Shown piece by piece: positions 32,220 through 55,499 of a stretch of 64,000 nucleotides of DNA. The stretch is from assembly GCF_009914755.1 (NCBI RefSeq), contig NC_060947.1. One strand, written 5' to 3'. Position 1 is the first letter of the stretch. The number at the start of each line of letters is the position of its first letter. The notes beneath the pieces were generated by a model. The model searched no databases, was not told the origin of the DNA, and saw only the letters and a program-made list of their open reading frames with translations. The position numbers and the translations under genes are program-made. Source of the DNA: the human T2T-CHM13v2.0 reference genome, Homo sapiens.

Positions 32220-33900
32220 TCCCCACCTCCCTTTCAGCTGATGATCTTGCCTCATACTTCATTGAGGAAATATAAGCCATGTAAAGCAAACTCTTCTCTC
32301 CCTCCCACCACACCTTGCTATTGCCTCCTTAGCCATACTCTCTGCCTTCCTTTATGCCCCAACATAAGAAGTCAGTCTGCTCTTAGCTAAGACCACATGT
32401 GTTCTGGCTCCTATCTCTTTTTCTTCACTTTTGTATCCCTAGCACATAATACACAGTGCTAGACACATAGCCATCATGCAATAGGTATTTGACAGATGAG
32501 TGAATATGTGAATGGGTGAATAAGGCATTTGTCTCTCTGAATTTCAGTTTCTCTATCTATAAATGGAGTTCCAGAGAGGTAGCTTGGACTGAGTGAGAAA
32601 GGTTTCCCTGTTGCTTAAGAATAGCTCTGTTTTATCTGTTTTACACATCAAGATTCATATAAGGCTTCCTTTTAAGGAAAGGATTTTGTGGATTCACCCC
32701 CTAAAAAGCCTTTGAAAACCAGTAGCTAGGTTAATTCAGAGGATTCTTCTGGTTTCAAATGATGGATCTTGAAATCTGATCCATCTGATTTGGGATTCTT
32801 TCAGTCAACCAACATTTATCAAGCCTCTTTGGGTATTGAATGTGAATATAAATATATGGCAGAGGCCCTTCAGTCCTCGTTTCCAAGTCCCACACTGCCA
32901 AACCCAGACTTGTAAAGCATGAATATAAATTAAAATAATATATGCTCATATTATCATATCTAAAAGATTTGTCACTTTACAAAAAGGATTGACACCACTT
33001 TTAAATGATAAGCCTACTATTGTACTTCAAATAGATTTAACATAAATTAATTTTTACCCTATTTTTAGTTTCCTGATTATAGCTGAATGAGATCTACTTC
33101 TATCCTTTAAGATACTTGATCCTCTTGGCTTTCAAGTGTCTATACAAATTATGGAATGCTTTAATATCTCACTGGTTATCATAAATAACACCTAGCAAGT
33201 TATGGTGCATGTAAGAGATGCTGCTGAAGACTTGGTCAACACTTTTCACAACATTACGTCTTTGACTGTACTGTTCTAGCTGTTTGGAATGCCTTTCCCT
33301 CTTCCACCTCTATCCACCTGGCAATCTCTTACTCATTCTTTAAGGTTAGGTTTAAATACCATTTTTCTGAAGTGCTTCCTGAGAAGCTCTTTCTGTTTTT
33401 ATCCCAAGTGGAATTAATTATTCTCTTATCTAGAGTCTTACAATATTTCAAAAACACTTCTACAGTATATACCATATTGCATTATTGAATTTGCTTATTC
33501 ATTTATCTTCCCTACTATACTAAGAACTTGTTGAGGGTAGTGATTGAGTCACCAGTGTGTATGTCAGTGTTTGGTGTATGGTAGACATCGTGTTTGTTGA
33601 ATGAATGACAGATCTCTCTTCATTAAGATCTCTGCTAAGTGTCTCCCTCAGTAAGGCTTTCCCTGACAAGCCTATTTAAACTAACACCTCTGGTAACTCC
33701 CTATCTGTGTCATTAACCTTTTTTCTTTTTCTTCATAGTAATAATAACTACCTAATTTTATATGTTTCCAATTTTCTTGTTACCTGTCTCCTTCCTAGAT
33801 TGTAAGATCCATGAGGGCAGGGTGTCTTTTCATTCTTGAATCCCTAGTACTTGAAAAAGAGTCAGACACTCTTTTTTCATAAATGAATGAATTTCAATGC
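32220..33900 (+). mobile_element. Dispersed L2/MIR fragments
   Basis: L2 motifs (ctttcagctgatgatcttgcctcatacttcattgag; gtttgttgaatgaatga; ctagattgtaagatccatgagggcagg). Confidence 0.6.
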
Positions 33901-34059
33901 TATATCACCAAAGGATATAGCAGGTGTTCAGTGAACATACCTGAACTACCATGTAAGACTGCTATGAGGATCAAATGATTCAATATTTCAGAATTTTTGT
34001 TTGTGGATTGTAAGTACTACAGGAATGTAATTACTAATATTAATACAACCACATTTTTA

Positions 34060-34288
34060 AAAGCTTTATTTTTAATTAATACTTCATCATTGTACATACT
34101 TATGGGGTACAATGTGATGCACTAACACATGTATACATGTGTAATAATCAAATCAGGGTAATTAGCAAATATTTCATTGAAACATTTATCATTTATTTCT
34201 AGTGAGAACATCAAAATATTTTCCTCTAGCTATTTTGACATATACAATACATTACTGTTAACTATACTCACCCTACTGTGCAATGTAA
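34060..34288 (-). mobile_element. Old L1 (L1MA-like) 3' end
   Basis: ttgtacatacttatggggtacaatgtgat...ttaactatactcaccctactgtgcaat. Confidence 0.75.
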
Positions 34289-34350
34289 TCTTAAAATGAT
34301 AAATTTCTAAACTCCACATTATGCATAAAGATTTTGTAGTACCACTATTT

Positions 34351-34720
34351 TTTTTTTATTTAAGTTCTAGGGTACATGTGCACAACTTGCAGGTTTGATA
34401 CATAGGTATATGTGTGCCATTTGGTGTGCTGCACCCATCAACTCATCATTTACATTAGGTATTTCTCCTAATGCTATCCCTCCGCCTGCACCCCCACCCC
34501 CTGAAAGGCCCCAGTGTGTGATGTTCCCTGCCCTGTGTCCAAGTGATCTCATTGTTCAATTCCCACCTATGAGTGAGAACATGCGGTGTTTGGTTTTCTG
34601 TCCTTGTGATAGTTTGCTGAGAATGATGGTTTCCAGCTGCATCCATGTCCCTGCAAAGGACAGGAACTCATCCTTTTTTATGGCTGCATAGTATTCCATG
34701 GTGTATATATGCCACATTTT
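34351..34720 (-). mobile_element. Short L1PA 3' fragment in tandem with the full-length L1
   Basis: A second complete L1 3'UTR+tail directly abutting the tail of the next element. Confidence 0.9.
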
Positions 34721-40893
<6,173 letters not shown>

Positions 40894-40903
40894 ACCACTG
40901 TTT

Positions 40904-42080
40904 CAAATCCCATCCCTGAAACGCAGGATTAGATGGGTTGACTGCAGAATTTTTTAAGAATATTTTAAGGACTATTTTAAGAATCATTTGATAAAATGTT
41001 TCAATGACATTTTAGAAGAAGGCACAATTCTCATAGACAGACACATCATAATTTCGCTTAAACCTGAAACAGATCCTCAAAAGAATGGGTCTTATAGTCA
41101 GTCCTTTATCATTTTTTTCCAAGATAGTTTATGTCCATATTAGCTAAGAATGGATTAATATAATTTTAGAATGTATTCATAAAGACTAAAGCAGATTTAT
41201 CATAAATAGACACTTGGCAGGTAGTGGAAGGAGAATTTTTAAATGAGTGCACTACTATAAATAGTACAAATTGTCGATGTCAACAGTAACATCAAACAGG
41301 CACTGAAAAAGCTTTTGTCTGCCTTAAATGAATATTACTTTGAAAACTTTTTTTAAAAAAAGCAATTTGGATAAATTTTCCTCCAGCTAGTTAATGCTTT
41401 AAGTAAGGAATGAAACCACATAAAATTAAAGAATTTTTTTTTTAATTTTGCAGTTAAGAAAGAAATGAGTTGTCTACTCTCTGCACTCCATTTTGCTTGA
41501 AAAGGAAAACCACTGGCAATTTCTGTAAGAAAATAACTGAAAATCTCAAGTGCTTCATGCATTATTAGCCTATTTATGGATGATATAATTTACCTATTGC
41601 AAGAAATGAAGATTCACAAGTTATCCAGTTACCAACAAGTTTTAGGCTTCAAAGTGGCATAAAATCAGAATTTATAGCTGGGTATACACCAAATGATCTA
41701 CTCTGTTTAGTCCCTACTAAATTTAAACGAGTTTAGGTGATGTTTTATTTATAGACCACTGGGAATAAAAATGTCCTATGTAATCTGTAATTTGATCATA
41801 AACAGTCATGCAAAATTATTCTGTGGAATTTAAAAAGACCTATTTTATTGGCCAACTCTCCAAATGTGATTGGCAAAAATTCAGATGGTTAAGACAGTTA
41901 TTTTGCTTCCAAAATCAAAATCATATTTTTTGAAATCACCATTGCAACTGCTCAAATCTACCCACTAACTGGAAAAAAATGAATAGGCAATGATATTTGG
42001 GACAGCAAAATGATTAGACTATTAATAGATTCAATATGACACTACTGAAATACGAAAGCCTAGGAACCTCAGACCTTAGC
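40904..42080 (+). mobile_element. Ancient L1-clade LINE ORF2 (RT) fossil with non-mammalian-type motifs
   Basis: Colinear degenerate motifs: AGLDGLTAEFFK, FNDILEEG, KPETDPQKNGSY, IHKD*SRFI, TEKAFVCL, SCLLSALHFA..KPLAISVR, ISLFMDDII, LGFKV, LGIK, KIQMVKTVILLPK, IWDSK, ESLGTSDL. Confidence 0.7.
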
Positions 42081-42479
42081 GCACAAATAGGCATTATGAT
42101 GGAACCTGAGACTGAACAAAGGAGATAATGTATATAACTGAAGAGCTCTAAGAATATATGACAAATCACAAAGGAAAGATGTACATGCTGGTACCTGAGC
42201 AACTTGGGCAGTGGTAGTGGATACCCACTCACTGTGGTGAAACAGAGTGGGATGATGCCAAGGTTGGGTGACAGTGGCTTGGTTACTAGGAATGGTTCTG
42301 AAAAGAAAGGCCATTCATCATAGACAGAGTATGTAAGAGTGTTCCATTGTCTCAAGCCTAGCTTTCAAAGCAGTTGTTTTCTCAGTATCCAATCAGAGAT
42401 ATGTGGCATGTCTGCAGGGTGTCCAGGTAGTCATGATGAGAGACCAGTCTACATATAGCAGTATTCCTATTAGTGGTCA

Positions 42480-43319
<840 letters not shown>

Positions 43320-43497
43320 CTAGATCTTGGTTCTTTGAAAGTTCTAGGCTAACAAAAATTGTTTTATGCCACATTGCTTTTGGTTAATGACATCTATACT
43401 ACAATATTTACTTTTTACTCTAGTCCTCTTTTATTAAAAAGTCTTTTTTTCTCATTAAAAATTTAAGAGTTAATACACATTTTTTATGGTTGCTTTT

Positions 43498-44162
43498 TTA
43501 ATTTTACTATTATTATACTTTTAGTTTTAGGGTACATGTGCACAATGTGCAGGTTTGTTACATATGTATACATGTGCCATGTTGGTGTGCTGCACCCATT
43601 AACTCGTCATTTACCATTAGGTATATCTCCTAATGCTATCCCTCCCCCCTCTCCCTACCCCACAACAGTCCCCGGAGTGTGATGTTCCCCTTCCTGTGTC
43701 CATGTGTTCTCTTTGTTCAATTCCCACCTATAAGTGAGAACATACGGTGTTTGGTTTTTTGTCCTTGGGATAGTTTGCTGAGAATGATGGTTTCCAGTTT
43801 CATCCATGTCCCTACAAAGGACATGAACACTTCATTTTTTATGGCTGCATAGTATTCCACGGTGTATATGTGCTACATTTTCTGAGATACCATCTCACAC
43901 CAGTTAGAATGGCGATCATTAAAAAGTCAGAAAACAACAGGTGCTGGAGAGGATGTGGAGAAATAGGGACACTTTTACACTGTTGGTGGGACTGTAAACT
44001 CGTTCAACCACTGTGGAAGTCAGTGTGGCGATTCCTCAGGGATCTAGAACTAGAAATACCATTTGACCGAGCCATCCCATTACTGGGTATATACCCAAAG
44101 GATTATAAATTATGCTGCCATAAAGACACATGCACACGTATGTTTATTGCAGCAATATTCAC
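43498..44162 (-). mobile_element. Short L1PA with 5' inversion (minus 43498-43882; plus 43883-44162)
   Basis: 3'UTR on -, ORF2 C-terminus on +; TSD tatggttgctttt at 43485-43497 and 44163-44175. Confidence 0.93.
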
Positions 44163-45429
44163 TATGGTTGCTTTTCTATGGATAGTAGGGTGGGTAACCA
44201 CATTTGAGGATAGCTATTACTTTGGTCTCTAAGATTTATATGTTGAGGAGCTTGCATTCTTTTTATTTTTGCTATTATTATCATCATTAGAGAATATTTA
44301 AAATATGAAAATACACATTCTGTCTTAATATAAACTATTAACAAAAATGTGGCACCCCTAGGATGGTGCATTGGATGATCTTAAGCCTTTAAGCAGTCCT
44401 CTTGCCAGTGACATCAGCACAACAATCTTTTTATTTTTTAAATTATTTCTTATTTGTATAGATTTAAAAAGTACAAGTGCAGATTTGTTACATGGATAGT
44501 TGTGTAGTGGTGAAATCTAGGCTTTTAGTATAACCATCTCAGCACAACAATCTTTAGTAAGGACATTAACAAGTTTTCCATACAGCTGTCTTGCTTGTCA
44601 AAACTAAAATTCAAATGATTTGTTTGATAGAGTTATGGCATTATCGTGTATATGAAATTCAAAACAAGTTCTTCTACAGTAATGCTGTTTGACTGAACTG
44701 AGTCTGATGTTTGAAATGTCCAAGATGTTACTTCAGTGCCTCATATCTCAGAAATCAAAGGAACAGCTTGCAATATAAATGCAGCACTTAACTCATGGGC
44801 TGTTACAAAGAGGGTCAGCAAAATAGCAACATGCAGGAAAATGACGCTACAGAAAATTTTCAGAGAATTTCAAATCTGCCAAGCCCAGCTGAAGCTGTGG
44901 AAGGTTACACATCAAAATTTGGCCTACAGATTCCAGAATTTATGCAATAGATTCTATTATGGTCTCACTACCTTGAGAGTATGTTCTGTTCAAAAATCTA
45001 TTAAAATGAAATCCAGGAACTGGCACCACAGAGGTAACATATCCTGTGTTGTTAAACAGTTTGAGATCTTATTATTCACACAACAGCAAAGGTCAGGAGG
45101 CATAAGGATAGTTAGAGTTCAAGGCAGGATGCCTTGAGATGTGGTCTATTAATAATAACTCAAATGTGGCCTATTAATAATCTCTATATCTTCATCTCAC
45201 AAGACTGTGGGGGACACCACATATTAAGATAATAATTATCACACAATTGAGGCTGCTGGAATATAGTCTTTTCATAGAGATTTCACTGATCTCAAGAAGG
45301 AGAGATACCAAACTGCTGCCTGGGAGGAAGTGATTTACTTTAATGGCAATAGTTTCCAAATCACTGATACCATTAGAATACTCCAACTATAAGAAGCCAG
45401 TAACAGATTTCCTAAAGTATCTTTTAGGA

Positions 45430-46680
45430 TGTAAGGGCTCCAAACCTTAAAGTTCCCACAATTACTTGTGAGTGGACCCAAGGTACCAATGATCCCTTTT
45501 ATTCCCCACTGAGACAAACCAATATGTAGGCAGTTTTCTTTGCTTAGACTTGGAAGTGTTAAAACCGACCCTTGCGAAGCCACAATGTAGCAAAAGTACT
45601 ATGCCAAACATTTATAGCTTGTATAAAAATTCCACATCCCCATATTGGCCACCTCAAGATGAAAACAGATAACTCCCTAAATGTTAACTGGCTTTAATCT
45701 CCTAACATTAAATATAAAAAACACATGAGAAATATAGAAATTCAAATAGAAGTAAAATAAACATGTCAAAAATCATAAACAAAAGCTATTTGTGATACAG
45801 CATGGATGACAAATGTTCTACTGTGTAAATTTTAGAATGAGGCAGACAAAAGTTGGAAGGTCAGCTTATTTTCCCCTACTTCTATTGCTTCAGCTTCATC
45901 TCCTTGGCATCCGATGTCCACAATGTCGAGTTGTCTATCAGTAATTGCATTATTAGCGTGCTATCTTTGTATGACTTAATGTATCAAGTTCAGCAATAGC
46001 TTCATTGGCAGCTGTCTTTGCAAGACAGCAGGCTTTCTCTGGGGGAGTTCAGAATCTCATAATAAAACACAGAGTAGTTAAGGGCCAGCCCCAATCTGAT
46101 AGGATGTGCTCGTTGCATTTCCTTTTTGCTGATTCCAAAAGCTTCTTGGTATGCTTGTTGTGACTGATCCACAATCCCCTTCTTGTGATCACCAGCAGCA
46201 ACCTCAGACAAGTAACCGTAGTAGTCTCCTTTCATTTTCAAATAGAAGACTTTGCTCTCTGCTTGTGAAGCACTGGGGATCAAGAACTTTTCCAAAAAAG
46301 GAGTAAATCATTGCAAGATATCTCCTAGCTTCATCTCAATTTTCTCTTTGTATTCTCATACTATCTACTGTTTTTATTCTCAGCACCTTCCGTCTTTTGT
46401 TCAATACTTGAGAAGATCCTCCAAGATAATCTACGGGCTTCTACAACATTTTTATAAGCAGCTCAGAGAAGGTTCCTCTCCTCATTGGACAATTCAGCTC
46501 CTTACTCAGTTACAAGACTTCATGCAGGCTGCCATGTCATCATATGGCCTGCTCGACCAGTTTGGCCTTCTGAAAGTGAGTGGTGGCCTATGAACAGGGG
46601 CTCAGCAGTCTCTTGGCGGTGTCGGCAGCAGCAGGGCTGAGACTCTGTCCCTGGGTCTCGCTGCTCACAGGCTAAAGCCA
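45430..46680 (-). pseudogene. YWHAZ: Processed pseudogene of 14-3-3 zeta (YWHAZ)
   Basis: Intronless; peptide [25 protein letters not shown]...[14 protein letters not shown]...[10 protein letters not shown]; YWHAZ-like 5'UTR (gcctgtgagcagcgaga) and 3'UTR; start-codon region deleted, frameshifts; left boundary approximate. Confidence 0.93.
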
Positions 46681-46823
46681 CTCTGCAGACAGGGATTCCC
46701 TGCTATTTTTCATCTTTTTGATACTAGCCATTTTGACAAGTATGGGGTGATATTTCATTGTGGTTTTAGTTTGCATTTCCCTAATGATTAGTGATGTTGA
46801 GCATTGTTTTATATATCTGTTAG

Positions 46824-47188
<365 letters not shown>

Positions 47189-48250
47189 TAAATTGGGTTA
47201 TTTGTTCTTTTGCTATTGAGTTGTTTGAGTTCCTTATATATTTTGGAAATTCATCTCTTATAAAATGTATTACTTCCAAATATTTTCTCCTAATCTGTAG
47301 GTTGTCTATTCATTTTGTTCATTGTTTCTTTTGTTATGCAGAAGCTATTTAGTTTGATGTAATTGCATTTGACTATTTGTGCTTCTCTTGCCTAATCTTT
47401 TGGAGCCAAATCCAACAAATCATTGCCCAGATCAATGTCATTTCATTTTTCCCTGCATTTTCTTTTAGTCTTAAGTTCATTCTGAGTTGATTTTTGTATG
47501 TGATATGAGATAAGGGTCCAATTTCCTTCATTGTCTGTGCATACCTAATTTTCCCAGCATTATTTATTGAAGAGAGTACCCTTTCCCCAGTGTATGTTCT
47601 TGGCACCTTTGTCAAAAATAAGTTAACTGTAAATGTGTGGATTTATTTCAGGGTTCTCTATTCCATTCCATTGGTCTGTGTGTCTGTTTTTAGGCCACCA
47701 CCACTATGCTGTTTTGGTTATTATAATGTTGTTGTATATTTTGAAGTCAGGTAGGGTGATGCCTACAGCTTTGTTATTTTTTCCTCAAGATTGCTTTGAG
47801 TATTTAGAGATTCTTGTGGTTTCATATAAATTTTCAATTTTTTTCCTATATCTGTGAAAAATATCATCGGTATTTTGATTGGGATGACATTTAACCTGTA
47901 AATTGCTTTGGGTAGCATTGTCATTTGAACAATATTAATTCTCCCAATCTATAAGCATGGCATATTTTTCCATTTTTGTGTTCTCATCTATTTCTTTCAT
48001 CAAAGTCTTATAGTTTTCCTTGTATAGATCTTTCAGCTCTTTGGTTACATTGATTCCTAGGTATTTTATATATTATAATTTTTTGTAAATGAGATTGCTT
48101 TCTTGATTTTCAGATCATTTGCTATTGGTGTATATAAGTGCTACTAATATTTTTGTGTTTATTTTCATCCTGCAATTTTACTGAATTCATTTATCAATTC
48201 TAACGTTGGTGGAGCCCTTAGGTTTTTCTACATATAAGATCTTGTCATCT

Positions 48251-48768
<518 letters not shown>

Positions 48769-49862
48769 TTATATAGCCTTCGTTATTTTGAGGTATGTTC
48801 CTTCTATACCCGTGATTAGGGTTTTTTATCATAAAGGAATCCTGAATTTAATCAAGTTTTTGCACCTACTGAAATAATCATATAATTTTTGTTCGTAATT
48901 CTATTAACGTAATACATCATGTTTATTGATTTGTTTATAAGGAACCATCCTTGTATCCCTGGGATGAATTTCACTTGACCATGGTGAATGATCTTTTTAC
49001 TGTGTTGTTGAATTTGGTTTGCTAGTATTTGATTGAGGATTTTTGTATCTATTTTCATCAGTAAATAATGCCCTGTAGTTTTTGTTTCTTGTTTCATCTG
49101 TGTCTGGTTTTGGTGTCAGGTTAATGCTGATCTCATAGAATGAGCTTGGAAGTATTCCCTCTTCTTTAATTTTTTTTGAAGAGTTTGAGTAGGATTTTTA
49201 TTAATTCTTCTTGAAATGTTTGGTAGAATTCAGCAGTGAATCCACCAATTACTGGGCTTCTCTTTGATCAGAGACTTTTTATTATGACTTTGATCTCATT
49301 ACTTGTTACTGGTTTACTGAGGATTACTATTTCTTCATGGTTTGATTTTGGTAGGTTGTATATATCCAGGAATGTATCCGTTTCTTTTTGGTTTTCCAAT
49401 TTGTTAGTGTATAGTTAGTTTTTCATAGTAGTCTCTAACGATTTTTTTGTACTTCAGAGGTCTAAGTTGTTAGGTCAACTTTTTCATTTCTGATTTTATT
49501 TATTTGGGTCTTCTCTTTTTTTTCTTAGTCTAGCTGAAGGTTTGCTGATTTTGTTTTTCTTTTCAGAAAACCAACTTTTTGTTTTGTTAATCACCTGTAT
49601 TGTGTTTTTAGTCTCAATTTCATTTATTTCTGCTCAGATCTGTATTATTTCTTTCTCCCTGCTAATTTGAGATTTGGTTTGTTCTTACTTTTCTAGTTCC
49701 TGAGGTGCAGTATGAATTTATTTGAAGAGTTTCTACTTTTTTTATATAGTCATTCATTGCTGTAAACTTTCCTCTTAATACTGCTTTTGTTGCATCTCAT
49801 TGATTTCCATATGTTGTACTTCTGTTCTCATTTGTTTGAAGAAATTTTCAAGTTTCCTTCTT

Positions 49863-52936
<3,074 letters not shown>

Positions 52937-53552
52937 TTTCCTTCTTAATTTCTTTATTGACCCTTCAGTTGTTCAGGAGCATATTGTTTAATTTACATGT
53001 GTTTGTGTATTTTCTGAGGTTTCTCTTGTTATTGATTTCTAATTTTATTCCATTGTGGTCAGAAAAGATATTTGATAGGATTTTTATTTAAAACATTGTT
53101 CAGACTTGTTTGTGGCCTAATATATGGTCTATTCTGAAGAATGTTCCATGTGCTGCTGAAAATAATGTGTATTCTGCAGCAGTTGAGTGAAATGTTTTGT
53201 AAATGTCAGTTAAGCCTATTATATCTAATGTGTAGTTTAACTCCGCTGTTTCTTTGTTACTTTTCTGTCTGGATGAAGTCTGCTTTTATGTATTGATGAT
53301 CTGTCAATTACGGAGAGTGAGGTATTAAAGGTCCCTACTATTATTGTATTGTAGTCTATCTCTCTTTAGGTCTATTAATCTTTGCTTATGTACTTGGGAA
53401 CTCTGATATTGGATGCATAGATATTTATAATATTTATGTTCTTGCTGAATTGACCCCTTTATCATTATATAGTGACTTGTTTTTTTATACAGTGTTTGAT
53501 TTGTAATATATTTTATCTGATATGAATATAGCTGCTACTGCTCTTTTATTGG

Positions 53553-53720
53553 TTTATTTTTTCTTTTTTTTTTTTTTTTTTCTTGGAGATGGAGTTTCGC
53601 TCTTGTCACCCAGGCTGAATCTCAGCTCACTGCAACGTCTGCCTCCCAGGTTCAAGCAATTCTCCTGCATCAGCCACCCAAATAGCTTGGGATTACAGGC
53701 GTGTGCTACTGTGCCTGGGC
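53553..53720 (-). mobile_element. Alu right-arm fragment
   Basis: gagatggagtttcgctcttgtcacccaggctg...gggattacaggcgtgtg. Confidence 0.85.
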
Positions 53721-55172
53721 CTTTTTTTTTTTAATTTCTAGTTGTATAAAATATCTTTTCTACTCCTTCACCTTCATTTTATGTGTTTATAGGTGAAGTG
53801 GGTTTCATGAAGGCAGGATGTAGTTGGATCTTGTATCTTTGTACACTCAACCACTCTGTGTCTTTTAATTGCAAAATGGAGACCATCACATTCATTGTTA
53901 CTATTGATAAGAAAGGACTTACTACTACCATTTTGTTGCTTGTATTCTCGTTGTTTTGAGACTCCTCTCTTACTTTCATCCTTTATTTATGTCTTACTTT
54001 GCAGTTAAGTGATTATTTCTGGTAGTATGTTTTAAAGTGTTGCTTTTTATTTTTAGTGAATCTGTTATAGAGTTTTGTACTGTGAGTATCATGAAGCTTA
54101 CAAGAAAAGCACCTTATAAATACAAGTTATTTAAAAGATATGACAACTAATCTTAGATCACACGGAAAAAATAGAAACAAAGGCAAAGAACACACAAAAA
54201 ATCTACACTTTAACTTCATCCCTTCCACATGTTGATTTTTAATTGTCCTAATCTACCTATCTTATATTACTTATCTCTGAAGTTGCTGTAGCAATTATTA
54301 TTTTTGATAGATTTTTCTTTTGTGCTTCATTTGTCTTTTGGGCTAGACTTATAAGTGGATTTGCACATCACAAATACAGTAATAGAGTATTCTGGGTTTG
54401 TCCATGTATTTAATTTTACTAATGGGTTTCATACCTTGAAAAGTTTTCTTTTGAATGTTTTTTTTTCTTTGTAAGACTGCCTCTAGCATTTCTTGCAAGA
54501 TTTACCTGGTGATGTTGAATTATCTCAGATTTTCTTTGTCTGGGAAAGACTTTATCTCTTTATACCTTCATATTTAACTGATAGTTTTCTGGACTACAAT
54601 ACTCTTTCATGGTAATTTTTTCTCTGAGTACTTTGAAAAATTAATTCAATTCTTTGCAGGCCTGTATGGTTTCCACTGAGAAGTTTATTGCCAGATGAAT
54701 TGGAGCTCCTTTAAATGTTATTTGCTTCTTTCCTCTTGCTGCTTTTAGGATCCTCTCTTTGTCCTCGATCTTTGCTGTTTTGATTATTGGAGTAGTCCTA
54801 TTGAGCTGACGATGTTTGGTATTTTAAGAACTTCTTGTACCTGGATATTCATATATTTCTCAAGTTTTGGACAGTTTTCTGTTATTATCTCTTTGAATAA
54901 GCTTTCTACTCCTTGTTCTTGCTCAGTTACCTCTTGAACACCAATAATTTTTAGCTTTGATCTTTTCAGAGATTTTTATGTATCTTGTAGTGCTCTTCAT
55001 TCATTTTGCTTCACCTATTATTGTGCATTTTCAAACACCTGGTCTTCAAGCTCATTGATTCTTTCCTCTTCTTCGTACATTTCCACTGTTGAGAACCTGT
55101 AAATAGTTCTCCAGTTTAGCAAAAGTATTTATCAGTTTTGAAATTTCTGTTTGATTTTTTAAAAATTACTTT

Positions 55173-55325
55173 AGGCCAGGCATGATTACTCATGACTATA
55201 ATCCCATCATTTTGGGAGGCTGAGGCAGGAGGATTGCTTAAGCCCAGGAGTTTGAGGCTGCAGTGAACTGTGACTGCATCACTGCATTTCAGCCTGGGCA
55301 ACAGCAGAAGGCCCAGTCTCTAAAT
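55173..55325 (+). mobile_element. FLAM/FAM-like Alu monomer
   Basis: ggccaggcatg...gaggctgaggcaggaggattgcttaagcccaggagtttgaggctgcagtga. Confidence 0.8.
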
Positions 55326-55499
55326 TTAAGAAGAAATTACTTTAATCTCTTTGTTAAATTTATCTGATAAATTTCTAAACTAACTCCTTAACTGTGTTAT
55401 CTTGGAGATCATTGTGCTGGCTGACTACTTCAGTTTCACTTATTCCAGAGTAAAAATTGTCATTTGGAGGGAGATTTTCCACCTGCTTGGTGCCTGGCA

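Noticed and set aside
44736-45137. 133-aa ORF in unassigned sequence
   Set aside because: Non-ATG start, no recognisable motif or splice structure.
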